Below are positions 1 through 11,900 of a stretch of DNA of 64,000 nucleotides, in pieces. Below the pieces are notes generated by a model. That model was not told the origin of the DNA, searched no databases, and saw nothing but the letters and a program-made list of their open reading frames with translations. Within the stretch, counting starts at the first letter, position 1. Each line of letters starts with the position of its first letter. Origin of the DNA: Chiloscyllium plagiosum (taxonomy: Eukaryota); contig NC_057720.1 in NCBI RefSeq assembly GCF_004010195.1, forward strand, positions 19,955,269-20,019,268. Direction: 5' to 3'. The position numbers and the translations under genes were made by a program.

Positions 1-880
1 CAATATTAAAGAACAAAACAATGCTGCTTTCAGATTCTACAAACTGATTCAGAAAAAAATCAATTATGGAGACTTCGATTCTCAAGAAGCTAGCTAGTTC
101 TTCCCCTCTGCCAACCCACAAGAACAAACAAATTAAGAAATTTGGAATAAAACTCAACTATGCCACTAATTACCTGAATATCCAGCTTAATAACCATAAC
201 CTCAAATTGCACGAGCAGTTAAACTGTTCAATGACATTTCGTTACTGTGCAATGACCTATAATAGTTATTACAGAACTATGCTGGATCATAAAATCCTAA
301 TTTAGCACCTCACTAACAAATCTTAATGCACAAACTGCACAGAATAAGTAAACTGCGTGACTTTATCCGGTTGCAGGAAGACTTCTGTTAGAAGATTTTG
401 CAGTTAGCACTTTGATCTCATCAAGTTTTGTTGTAAAGAAGCAAACTTCCTGCAATTTTTGTTCAGCTGTATGCAATCTAACCTAGGAAATATCTGAATA
501 ACACATCTGAAAAAAATAGAGTTTAAATTTTGGGGAAAATGGTAATTTGTGGTTAAATATTTTTGTCACATCTTTACAGCTGCCAAACATATTTAGCAAA
601 CAGACAAGACTTCCAGCAACTTCCTGCAAACTTTTCCACAACTTCCTGAGTAACAAAGAATCTTTAGCCAAATTCACAAACATAACCACACCCAATTTTA
701 AATATATTTACTGTACAGAAGATTACCAGTTGTCCACTGATTAAAGGTATCACTTCTATAACATCTTTCATCATATATGCTGTTCTAAGCCAGCTTATTC
801 TCATATTGCTTTATTCCATTTTTTCTGGTGTAAATAAAGCCTAGCATATTACCAATGGATTATAGGTAAAGTCTTTTACC

Positions 881-1322
881 TTACGCTGAAAGGCTGGAGC
901 GACTGGGCTTGCACACCCTTGAGTTTAGAAGACTGAGAGGGGATCTGATTGAGACATGTAAGATTATTAAAGGATTGGACACTCTGGCAGCAGGAAACAT
1001 GTTTCCGCTGATGGATGAGTGCCGAACCAGAGGACACAGCTTAAAAATACGGGGTAGACCATTTAGGACAGAGATGAGGAGAAACTTCTTCACCCACAGA
1101 GTAGTAGCTGTGTGGAATGCTTTGCCCCAGAGGGCAGTGGAGGCCCATTCTCTGGATTCATTTAAGAAAGAGTTGGATAGAGCTCTCAAGAAAAGTGGAA
1201 TCAAGGGTTATGGAGATAAGGCAGGAAGAGGATACTGATTAAGGATGATCAGCCATGATCATATTGAATGGTGGTGCAGGCTCGAAGGGCAGAATGGCCT
1301 ACTCCTACACCTATTGTCTATA
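881..1322 (+). mobile_element. CR1 LINE 3' end (young subfamily)
   Basis: ORF2 C-terminus LEFRRLRGDLIET...RTRGHSLK...RNFFTHRVVAVWNALP followed by a CR1 3' UTR ending cctactcctacacctattgtctat. Confidence 0.9.
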
Positions 1323-1494
1323 AAACAAGCAGTCCTCCTATGAAGAGAGAGGAATTGAGAAATCACATCTTCGTTTTGAAATTTGCAAAGTACTTTGTTC
1401 AACTTTCCATACCTTTCTAATGCATTATATCTAAATGTGTAATTTCATCAGCTTCACATCTCAATTTCAGACTTCTGGTGTCACAGGCAAAATA

Positions 1495-1825
1495 TTTGGC
1501 CGATTAGGGGTAGTCAACATGGCTTTGTTTGTGGAAAATTGTGTCTTGATAACTTGACTTTTTTTGAAGAGGTGACAAGGAAGATGGATGAAGGCAGAGT
1601 GGGAGACATTGGTTACATGGACTTTAGCAAGGTGTTTGACGAGGTTCTGCATGCTAAACTGGTTAGTAAGGTTAGATCACATGGGGTCCAGGGAGAGCTA
1701 GATAAAAAATTGGCTTGACGATGGGAGGCAGAAAATGGGTGAATCGGGTTGTTCAGACTGGCGGCCTGTGAGCAGTGGTGTGCCACAAGGATTGGTGCTA
1801 TATCCACTTTTGTTCATCATTTATA
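1495..1825 (+). mobile_element. CR1/HER1 RT fragment
   Basis: Degenerate HGF...YMDFSKVFD...VRSHG...SGVPQG motifs. Confidence 0.75.
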
Positions 1826-2510
1826 TGAGGACACTACCCTGAGGAGCTCCTGCAGAGTTGCCCTGGGGCTGAGATAATTGACCTCCAACAACCACAACCA
1901 TTTGCCTGTGTGCTAGGTATGTTTCCATCCCACCAGAGAGTCTGCCTCGATACTCAATCATTCCAGATTTGCTAGGGCTCCTTGATGCCACACTCGGTCA
2001 AATGCAGCCTTGATGTCGAGGGCTGTCACAGTCACCTCAACTCTGGTATTCAACTCTTTTGCACATGTTTGAACCAAAGCTGTAATGAGGTCATAAGCTG
2101 AGTGGGCCAAGTGGAACCCAAACTGGGTATTGCTGAGCACATTACTGCTGAACAGGTGGATGCTTGATAGCACTATTGATGACACCTTCCATTCCTTTAC
2201 TGATGAGAGAGTAAACTGATGGAACAGTAATTTGCTTGGTTGGATTCGTCCTATATTTATGTACAGAACATACCTGGGCAGTTTTCCACATTGTCAGGTA
2301 GATACCAGCATTGTAACTGAAGTCTTCAGTACTATTACTGGAATGTTGTCAGGACCCAAAGCCTTTACAAGATCCAGTGTCTCCAATAGTTTCTTGATAT
2401 CATGTGGAGTGAATCAAATCAAATTGAAGATTGGTAACTGTAATGCTGGTGACCACTGCAGGAGGGTGAAATGGATCATCCACTTGGCACTTCTTGCTGA
2501 AGACTGCTGT
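1826..2510 (-). mobile_element. CR1/L2-type LINE (family B) RT fragment
   Basis: ORF 1958-2185: QFGF...DLITALVQT...ALDIKAAFDRVWHQGAL; same family as 17550-19125 and 28330-29998. Confidence 0.8.
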
Positions 2511-2940
2511 GGATTTCATCAGTTTCCTCATTTCCCCTCCTCACCTTATCCCAGTTCCAACCTTGAACTGGAAAATGTAGAATCCATTTGGGTGGAGGAA
2601 AGATAAAAAAGGGACAGATGACACTGCTTGGAGTACTTTAGGCCCTTTAACAATAGCCATGCAATGGGATAGAGAATAAATCAGGAGGTAATCAAGGCAT
2701 GTAACAAAAGCTATATATTAACCATGGGTGACTTTATTCTTCATGTAGATAAGGATAGTCAGATTGGCAGAGAAAGCCATGAGAAAAAAATTGTGCGTGT
2801 ATTTGGACAGTTTCTTAGAACAATATGTTGTGGATCCAACCGTGATCAGGCTGTATTGAACCTGATGATGTGCAATGAGGCAAGTTTAAAAAATGATGTC
2901 AGGGTAAAAAATCCCCTTGGAAACAATGATCAGAAGATGA

Positions 2941-3006
2941 TAGAATTTAACATTCAGCTTGAGAGGGAGGAACTAGAATTTAACATTCAGCTTGAGAGGG
3001 AGGAAC
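2941..3006. repeat. Perfect 33-bp tandem duplication
   Basis: tagaatttaacattcagcttgagagggaggaac at 2941-2973 and 2974-3006. Confidence 0.95.
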
Positions 3007-3045
3007 TTGGGTCTGAAATAACAGTGCTGAACTTAAATAAGGGTA

Positions 3046-3599
3046 CACGTAGTTCTCCTGTAACACCATAGTTGTGTTCCAGCAAAAACTCGCTTAATAG
3101 AAATAATGGGGCCTATGGGAAAAGTGGGGTTAGGGGCAGAACAGCGAAACTATCACTGACGATTGCTTAAAAATCACCCTAAAATCTAACACTAAGTATA
3201 GCACAACCTGAATGAAGGTTGAAATCACATTTATTAACATTAGTAAATTTAACATAGTACATTTAAAAAATTTAAGAAAGTTGCTCTCACAGAAGGCTGC
3301 TGTGTCATTAGCTGACATCAGCACATGCGCAGAATAGCACAAAGGCTGGCACTGACATCGCGCATGTGAGGGACAGTACAGAGACATCAGCACATGCACA
3401 GCTTGGCACAAAGATTGGCACCTACATAGCGCATGCACGGACACCGGCGCATGTACAGATCAAAGCGTGCAAACGGAACCTCGTTGGAATTGCGCTATTG
3501 TCAAGAGGTAAGCATTCTCCAAAGTGCCGTTCCCTAATTCTTCAGTGGCATTATAGTCTAATTGCGCTGCTGAAACATGCGTTATCCCAGAACTACCTA
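3046..3599. mobile_element. Tc1/mariner-pogo (Tigger-like) MITE
   Basis: Imperfect TIRs cacgtagttctcctgtaacac / gcgttatcccagaactaccta with TA duplication (3044-3045, 3600-3601). Removing it restores the CR1 sequence aagggtaattac. Confidence 0.7.
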
Positions 3600-4185
3600 T
3601 AATTACATGAGGGCAGAGCTGGCTGGAGTGGACTAGGGAAGGTATTTAGCAGTAAAGGATGTTGAGGAATAACGACAAACTTTTAAAGAAAATAGTTTGT
3701 GGTTCACAGCAAAGACATATTCCAGTAACAAAGAAGGGTTCCAGGAAATGGATTTGCAACCTTGAGAAGTTAAGGGTAGCATCATATTGAAAGAATAAAC
3801 ATATAACATGGCAAATATTAGCGGAAAGCCAGAGGATCATGAACATTTTAAAAAACAAAAGACAATCAAAAATAATAAAAGGCAGAAAATAAACTTTGAA
3901 GCAAACTTGTAAGCAATATCAAGATGGATAGCAAGAATGTTTTTAAATATATAAAAAGAGAGAACCCAAAAGTGAACATAGGACCTCTGAGAATGAGGCT
4001 AGAAAATAATAATGCAGAACTAGGAAATGCAAAGTAGTTGAATAAATACTACACAGTCAAAGTCACTAATAGCACCTAGAAATGACTTAATATTCAAAAG
4101 GGCAAGAGGAGGAGATACAAAACTAGTACCAGAGAAAATGTGCTGATGAAACTAATGGGGTTCAAGGCTTCTAGGCTTCTGGACT

Positions 4186-5480
4186 GATGTTGACTTGCGC
4201 ACCGAGCTGCTAAGTTTGTTTGTAGATGTTTCATCACCATGCTATTCAACATCATCAGTGTACCTTCGATGAAATGTTAATGTCTGTCCTGCTTGCTATT
4301 TATAAATCTGGTTCTGCTGGGGTTGGTGGTGTCCTTTCTGGTTTTGTTGCTGGTTCTGTTTCTTACTGGTTGAGATGGTGTCCAAATTTACATGTTTGCT
4401 AATGGAGATCCAGGTTGATTGCCAGGCTTCTAGGAATTCCCATGCATGTCTCTGTTTGGCTTGTCTTAGGATGCATAAGTTGTCTCAGTCAACTTGGTTA
4501 CCTTCATTGTCTGCATGAAGTGATAGCTGGTCATGTTTCTTAGTGGCTAGTTGATGTTTGTGTACCCTGGTGGCTAATTTCTTTCCTGTTTGCCGTATGT
4601 AGTGTTTTTGGCAGTGTTTATATTGTATTTTGTATATAACATTGATCCTGTTGATTGTGGGTATAGGATCCTTTATACTTGTTCGTATTTGTCATAATGT
4701 GGTCGTAGATTTATGGGCTACCGTGATGCCCAAAGGTTGGAGTAGTCTGGTGGTCATTTCTGATATGTTCTTAACGTATGGCAGTGTATCTGGGCGTGTT
4801 GTGTCTTCCTGTTGTGGTCTGTCATGTAGGTATCATCAGACTATGATGCTTGGGCTACCCATTGTTTCTCATGACATTGTGTAAGTGTTCTTCTGCTGCT
4901 TTGTGCAGCTCTAAGGTGCTGGATATGTTATGGCTCGCTTGAACAACGTTCTGATGGAGCTCTATTTGTGGGTGGTTGCTGTTGTGGTTGAGTACCTGGT
5001 CTGTGTGGGTGGCCTTCCTGTATACGCTGTTCTGGAGCTCCCCATTGGCCTTGCTTTCAATCATTACATCAGGAATGGGAATCAGTTGTTGTTTTCTTCT
5101 TCCTTGGTGAATTTTATGCTGGTAAGGATGTTGTTTATGAGTTGATGGGTTTCCTCTAGCTGTGAGCGTTTGGTAATGACAAAGGTATCATCTACATTTT
5201 GGATCCACAGTTTTGGCTGGATAGTTACCAAACATGTAGATTTGGATCCATATACCAACCAGTAAAAAAACAGAACAAACAACAAAACACCACCAACCAC
5301 AACAGAACTAGACAAATAAATAGCAAGCTGGACAGAACACCAAAGTTCATCAGAGGCACACTGATAATGTTACAAAGCATGGTGATGAAACATCTGCGAA
5401 CAAACTTACCAGCTCATCGAGTAAGTCAACAGCCTCATCCACAATCTGAGCTACAAATCTTCTTGAATACTCTCAGCTCC
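4186..5480 (-). mobile_element. Penelope-like element (PLE): RT C-terminus and GIY-YIG remnant with inverted pseudo-LTRs
   Basis: Minus-strand PKLWIQNVDDTFVI...IKFTKEEENN, SVYRKATHTDQVL, NVIYKIQ...HY...QTGKKL...WEFLEAW. 5233-5470 is an inverted copy of 4190-4400. Confidence 0.85.
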
Positions 5481-5505
5481 TTGACCTGTTAGGATGCATC
5501 TTAGG

Positions 5506-6412
5506 GTGCTGGGTCCACTACTTTTCGTCATTTATATAAATGATTTGGTAGTGAACACTGGAGGTATAGTTAGTAAGCTTGCAGATTACACCAAAATTGG
5601 AGGTGTAGTGCACAGCGAAGATTACCTCGGATTACAAAAGGATCTTGATCAGATAGGCCAATGGACTGAGAAGTGGTAGATGGAGTTTAATTTAGATAAA
5701 TGTGAGGAATTGCATTTTGTAAAAGCAGATCACATTGGTAAGGTCCTAGGGAATGTTGCTGAACAAAGATCTTGGAGTGCAGATTCATAGTTCCTTGAAA
5801 GTAGAATTGCAGGTAGATAGGATAGTGAAGGCGGCATTTGGTCTGTTTTCCTTTATTGGTCAGAGTATTAAGCACAGGAGTTGGGAGGTCATGTTGCAGC
5901 TGTACAGGGCATGGGTTAGGCCACTTTTGGAATATTGCGTGCAATTCTGGTCTCCATCCTATTAAAAGGATGTTGTGAAACTTGAAAAGGTTCAGAAAAG
6001 ATTTAAGGATGTTGTCAAGGTTGGAGGATTTGAGTCTGAACATTTTCCCTGGGAGGCTGAGGCGTGACCTTATAGAGGTTTATAAAATCATGAGGGGCAT
6101 GGATGGGATAAACTAAGAAAGTCTTTTCCCTGGGGTAGGGAAGTCCAGAACTCGGTTTAGGGTGAGAGGGGAAAGATATAAAAGGGAACCTTAGGGGCAA
6201 CTTTTTCATGCAGAGTGGTGGGTGTGTATGGCATGAGCTGCCAGAGGAAGTGGTGGAGGCTGGTACAAGAACAGCATTTAAAAGGCATTTGGATGGGTAT
6301 ATTAATAGGAATGGTTTAGAGGGATATGGGCCAAGTGCTGGCAAATATCTAGTCGGCATGGATGAGTTGGACCGAAGGATCTGTTTCTGTGCTGTACATC
6401 TCTATGACTCTA
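5506..6412 (+). mobile_element. CR1/HER1 LINE, 5'-truncated
   Basis: GPLLFVIYINDL, KLADYTKIGG, RPLLEYCVQFWSP; tail ctctatgactcta. Confidence 0.9.
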
Positions 6413-6989
6413 TATTGAAGGAAGTAGCTATAGGAATAGTGGATACACTGGAAGTACACTATTAGGAATACTTAGATCCTGGAAAAGCCCCATAGGATTG
6501 GATAACTGCCAATGTAACAACTTCATTTGAAACAGAAGAAACAGTTAACTGTCGGCCAATTAGTTTAATGACTTGTTGAGAAAATGTTAGAGTCTATTAT
6601 AAACGATACCAGAGTATTTAGAAATACATAGTATGATCAAGCAGACTGAGCACGGCATCAAGAAGGGGAAACTATGACTGAAAAATTTACTGTCACCCAC
6701 AGATATATCAGAGTGGTGACAGGAGAATGTGAAGACAGGGAAACTGAGCAGGGATTGGCTGACCATGGGAAATGCCAAGCAGCTCAAAAGGGATTTTAAA
6801 GATCAGTCAGCATCTTTGCTCATTCCATAAACGAACAAAAAAGGCTTAAAGGCAAAATAACATGGACATCACAGCAATTCCTGATTAAAGGGTTAAAAAT
6901 ACAGCTGAAAATTTGAAGCAAAATAATTTTTAGTGATTTGGTTATAAGGTTTTCATTGCTGCCTCAATTATCTTTTTAAAAAGTGATTT

Positions 6990-7160
6990 TAAACAACAAA
7001 GAATACTGTAGAAACTCAGCAATTCTGACATCATCTGTGGAGAGATAAACAGTTAACATTGAGTCCAGAACTTCCTCTCTCCACAGATGCTGCCAGACTT
7101 CAGTTTCTTGAGCATTCCATTGCTTTCAGATTTTCATCATCTGCAATATCTTGTTTTCAT
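6990..7160. mobile_element. Degenerate PLE fold-back (family C)
   Basis: Inverted arms atctgtggagaga / tctctccacagat; related to 54803-54995 and 27322-27420. Confidence 0.6.
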
Positions 7161-7204
7161 TCGAAAGCCAATTTTTGTTTTAAAAAGTGGGCACCCTGTT
7201 CAAT

Positions 7205-8207
7205 TATAAGACATAGGAGCGGAAGTAAGGCCATTCGGCCCATCGAGTCCACTCCGCCATTCAATCATGGCTGATGGGCATTTCAACTCCACTTACCCGC
7301 ATTCTCCCCGTAGCCCTTAAATTTTTGATGTCACAAGGAATTATCAATTTCTGCCTTGAAGACATTTAGCGTCCCAGCCTCCACTACACTCTGTGGCAAT
7401 GAATTCCACAGGCCCACCACTCTCTGGCTGAAGAAATGTCTCCGCATTTCTGTTCTGAATTTACCCCCTCTAATTCTAAGGCTGCTTCCACGGGTCCTAG
7501 TCTCCTCGTCTAACTGAAACAATTTCCTAGTGTCCACCCTCTCCAAGCCATGTATTATCTTGTAAGTTTCTATTAGATCTCCCCTTAATCTTCTAAACTC
7601 CAATGAATACAATCCCAGGATCCTCAGCCGTTCCTCATATGTTAAACCTACCATTCCAGGGATCTTCCGTGGGAATCTCCGCTGGACACGCGCCAGTGCC
7701 AGTATGTCCTTCCTGAGGTGTGGGGACCAAAACTGGACACAGTACTCCAAATGGGGCCTAACTAGAGCTTTATAAAGTCTCAGTAGCACAACAGTGCTTT
7801 TATATTCCAACCCTCTTGAGATAATTAACAACACTGCATTCGCTTTCTTAATCACGGACTCAACCTGCATGTTTACCTTTAGAGAATCCTCAACTAGCAC
7901 TCCCAGATCCCTCTGTACTTTGGCTTTACAAATTTTCTCACTGTTTACAAAGTAGTCCATGCTTGTATTCTTTTTTCCAAAGTGCAAGACCTCGCATTTG
8001 CTCACATTGAATTCCATCAGCCATTTCCTGGACCACTCTTCCAAACTGTCTAGATCCTTCTGCAGCCTCCTCACTTCCTCAGTACTACCTGCCTGTCCAC
8101 CTAACTTTGTATCATCGGCAAACTTCGCTAGAATGCCCCAGTCCCTTCATCCAGATCATTTTTTTAACGTGACCAGCTGCGGGGCCCCAACACCGAACCC
8201 TGCGGGA
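7205..8207 (-). mobile_element. CR1 LINE 3' part (young)
   Basis: Open ORF 7331-8074 with LQKDLD, FNVSKC, RPHLEYCVQFWSP and RRLRGDLIE; 3' UTR near 7205-7330. Confidence 0.92.
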
Positions 8208-8243
8208 TTCTGAAGAAGGGCTTATGCCCGAAACGTCGATTCT
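8204..8243 (+). ncRNA. Minimal type I hammerhead ribozyme (PLE family A), in a solo terminal repeat 8208-8295
   Basis: CTGAAGA 8210-8216, a, stem II gggc-ttat-gccc, GAAA 8230-8233, cg, TC; flanks gggatt / gattct can pair as stem I. Confidence 0.7.
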
Positions 8244-8295
8244 CCTGTTCCCTGGATGCTGCCTGACCTGCTGCGCTTTTCCAGCAACACATTTC

Positions 8296-9330
8296 CTACA
8301 CAGATCTTGGTCAAGGACCCAGCAATCTCCTCTTTTGCCTCCAAATAACCTGGGCTAGATACCATCAGACCCTGGGAACTTAACAACGTTAATGCTTTTC
8401 AAGAGACCCAACACCACTTCTTTCTTGATCTCAGAACATATTAGCATGCTCCACACTAATCTCCCTATTCTCCATAGGTGAATACTGATGCAATGATCTC
8501 ACCCACATCTTCTGCTTTCAAGCATAAGTTCCCTCTTTTATCCTTGAGTGGTCCTACCCTCTCCCTCGTTATTCTCTTGTTTTTAATGTCAGTATAGAAT
8601 GCCTTGGATTCTCTTTAACCCTATTTGTCAAGGTCATTTCATGGCCCTTGCTCTTCTAATTCCCTATTTGAGTTCTTTCCTGCTTTCTTTACATTCCTTA
8701 TGGACCCTGTCCAATTTTAGGTTCCTAAACCTTACATACATTTTTTTTTATTTTGACAAATTCACAACTTCCCTCATTATCAATGGTTCCTTACCTTTGC
8801 ATCCTTGTCCTTCCTCCTTACTGGGACATGCCGGTCTTGAACTCTCATCAGCAGGTCTTTAAACAATTCCCACATGTCAAATTATGACTTGTCTGATAAC
8901 AGCTGCTCCCAGTTAACTCTCCCAAGCTCCTGCCTAATACTGTTATAATTTGCCCTCCCCCAATTTAGTACGTACCCACAAGTTCCTGACTTACCCTTAT
9001 TCATAGCAATCTTAAAACTTAAGGAGTTGTGATCACTGTTCAAACTGCTCTGCCACTTAAAAGTCAGTCACCTGATCTAGCTCAGTAGCGAGTACAAGGT
9101 CCAGTATAACGTCTGTTCTGGTTGGACTATCCACATACTGTTTTAAGAAACTGTCTTGGATGCACCTAACAAAGCCTTCTGCACTAAGAATTCCCAGTCA
9201 ATATGGGGAAGTTAAAGTCACCCACTATGACAACCCTGTCAAATCTTCCATAATCTGCCTACATAGTTGTTCCTCAATGTCTCAGTAGCTGTTAGGGTGG
9301 ACAATAGTATAATCCCATCAAAGTGATGAC
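8296..9330 (-). mobile_element. Degraded CR1 ORF2 (endonuclease and linker)
   Basis: Reverse complement shows VVIVGDFNFPILT, LDLVL, SDHN and PGSDGI-like motifs. Confidence 0.65.
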
Positions 9331-9375
9331 ATCTTTTTTTTATTCAAGTTCTTTAATTACTTTTCTCTGGGTGTT

Positions 9376-9753
9376 CAAAGTTTGTGAGAAGATTTGTAGC
9401 TCGGGTGCTCGTTGCTGTGGTTCTGTTCGCCGAGCTGGAAGTTTCTGTTGCAAACGTTTCGTCCCCTGTCTAGGTGACATCCTCAGTGCTTGGGAGCCTC
9501 CTGTGAAGCGCTTCTGTGGTGTTTCCTCCGGCATTTATAGTGGCCTGTCCCTGCCGCTTCCGGTTGTCAGTTTCAGCTGTCCGCTGTAGTGGCCGGTATA
9601 TTGGGTCCAGGTCGATGTGTTTGTTGATGGAGTTTGTGGATGAGTGCCATGCTTCTAGGAATTCCCTGTCTGTTCTTTGTTTGGCTTGCCAGGGAATTCC
9701 TAGAAGCATGGCACTCATCACAAACTCCATCAACAAACACATCGACCTGGACC
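9376..9753 (-). mobile_element. PLE 3' end (family B) with terminal fold-back
   Basis: GIY-YIG C-terminus REFLEAWHSSTNSINKHIDLDPIYRPL; 9604-9668 and 9690-9753 are near-perfect inverted copies. Confidence 0.85.
9450..9489 (-). ncRNA. Minimal type I hammerhead ribozyme (PLE family B)
   Basis: Minus strand reads gca CUGAGGA u gucacc-uagaca-ggggac GAAA cg UU ugc; stem I gca/ugc, stem II 5 of 6 bp, ACGU palindrome. Confidence 0.75.
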
Positions 9754-9824
9754 GATAATCTTTCTCTTCTTGTGGATGAACCTCTGTACAGTGTCCTCAA
9801 TTATACCCACAAACTCTTGCCATT

Positions 9825-11900
9825 TTTGCTCTACTGTCTTCCCTGCTAGGCTCTGCTTCCAGTCTATTTTCGTCAGTTCCTCTCTCATGCCCTCATAATT
9901 ACCTTTATTTAACTGTAACACCATTACATCTGATTTTGCCTTCTCTCTTTCAAACTGCAGACTGAACTCTACCATATTATGATTGCTGCTTCCTAAGTGC
10001 TCCCTTACTTTAAGATTTTTTATAAAGTCTGGCTCATTACATAGCACTAGGTCCAAAATAGCCTGCTCCCTTGTGGGCTCCATGACAAGCTGTTCCAAAA
10101 AGCCAGCCTGTAAGCATTCCATGAATTCCCTTTCCTTGGATCCACTGGCAACATTATTTACCCAGTCCACCTGCATAATGAAGTCTCCCATGATCACCGT
10201 GACCTTGTCTTTCTGACAGGCCTTCTCTATTTCCCGGTACATGTTGCGCCTCTGGTCCTGACCACTGTTAGGAGGTCTGTACATAACTCCCACCATAGTT
10301 TTTTTGCCTTTGTGGTTCCTCATTTCCACCCACACAGACTCCACATCATCCGACGCTATGTCATTCAGTGCCATAGATTTAATTTTGTTCTTAACTAACA
10401 AGGCAACCCTGCCCCCTCTGCCCACCTCCCTGCCTTTTCGATAAGTTGAAAACCCTTGGATGTTTAATTGCCAGTCCTACCCCTCCCTGTAACCACGTCT
10501 CTGTGATGCCTACCACATCATAATCATTCACGATGATCTGTGCCATTAGTTCGTCTGCTTTGTTACGAATGCTACGAGCATTCAGGTAAAGTGCCTCAAT
10601 GCTAACTTTCTTATCATTCGAGATATTGGAAGTCATAAGATGTCCTAAGTTATCCTTCCTTTTTGCTGCATTCCCAGTCTGTCTCAAGTTTAAATCTGTC
10701 TGCACATATGCTATCCTGCCGCTTATCTTTCCATTTAACTCCGTACTCCCTGTCGCTTTCACTTTCCCTTCCCCCCAACTCAGAAATTTAAAGTCCTACT
10801 GACTACCCTATTTATCCTCTTCGCTACAACACTGGTACCTGATCGGTTCAGGTGGAGACTATCCCAACGGTACAGATCTCCCCGTTTCCAAAACTGATGC
10901 CAATGCCCCATGAAGTGGAATCCCTCTTTCCCACACCAATCCCTTAGCCACGTGTTTACTTCCCTAATTTTCTTATCCCTATGCCAATCGGCACGTGGCT
11001 CGGGCAGTAATCCGGAGATTATGACCCTTGAGGACCTGTACTTCAATTTCCTTCCTAGTGCTCGATAATCCCCAAACAGGTCCTCCACCCTAGCTTTGCC
11101 TATGTTGTTAGTCCCAATGTGGACCACAACAACTGGATCCTCCCCCTCCCGCTCCAATATCCTTTCAAGCCGGTCAGAGATGTCCCGAACCCTGGCACCG
11201 GGTAGGCAACACACCATGCGAGACTCCCGATCCGGCCTGCAAAGGATACTATCTGTCCCCCGAATTATAGAATCCCCTATAACAACTACTTGTCTTTTTG
11301 CTCCCCCATCTTGAATGGCCTTCTGCACCATGGTGCCGTGGTCAGCTGGCTCATCCTGTCCAGAGCCCTTTTCCTCATCCGTACAGGGAGCAAGAATCTT
11401 CTACCTGTTGGACAAGGTCAAGGGCTGAGGCTCCTGCACTCCTGAACTCAGGTTCCCCCTACCTGCCTCACTTACAGTCACATTCTGATGTCCCTGATCA
11501 CTAACTGAATGTGAATTACTTAATCTCCCAGGTGTGACTGCCTCCTGAAACAAAGTGTCCAGGTAACTCTTCCCCCTCCTGGATGCGCCGCAGTGTCTGA
11601 AGCTCAGATTCCAGATCATCAACTCTGATCCGGAGTTCTTTCAGCAACCAACACTTGCTGCAGATGTGATCACTGCCGTTCACAATGGGATCAGCCAGCT
11701 CTCACATCATACAGCTACAGCACACCACCTGACCAGCCATCTCTGCTTAGTTAATTACTTTATTACCTTGTACCGGTTTGAGTTAAAATACTTTCTGATA
11801 CCTCTCTGCTGTAGTCTTTTTCTAAAAACCAATTAATAGATAAACAAACAAAAAAAACTAATTTTTTAACCAGACACTGATAAAGAAATAGGAAATCCTT
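9825..11900 (-). mobile_element. CR1 5' half: ORF1 (zinc finger, coiled coil, SGNH esterase) and ORF2 APE endonuclease
   Basis: ORF1 ATG at 11740 (MAGQVVCCSC...HICSKC). Esterase VIGDSIIRG, GTNN and DSLH in ORF 10780-11331. Endonuclease YLNARSIRNK, ITETWL, YRPP, MGDF, LDLVL, SNHN. A few frameshifts and stops. Confidence 0.92.

Larger units (their letters stand above)
2570..4185 (+). mobile_element. Old CR1 ORF2 endonuclease region, interrupted by a MITE
   Basis: VESIWVE, MGDF, DQAVLNL, LGNNDQKMIEF motifs. The host element resumes at 5485-5505 and 6413-6690 after nested insertions. Confidence 0.75.

Noticed and set aside
1..880. ARHGAP29 exon 4 (VNF.EV...TFGN)
   Set aside because: No matching translation was found in unique sequence left of exon 3; it probably lies outside the window.
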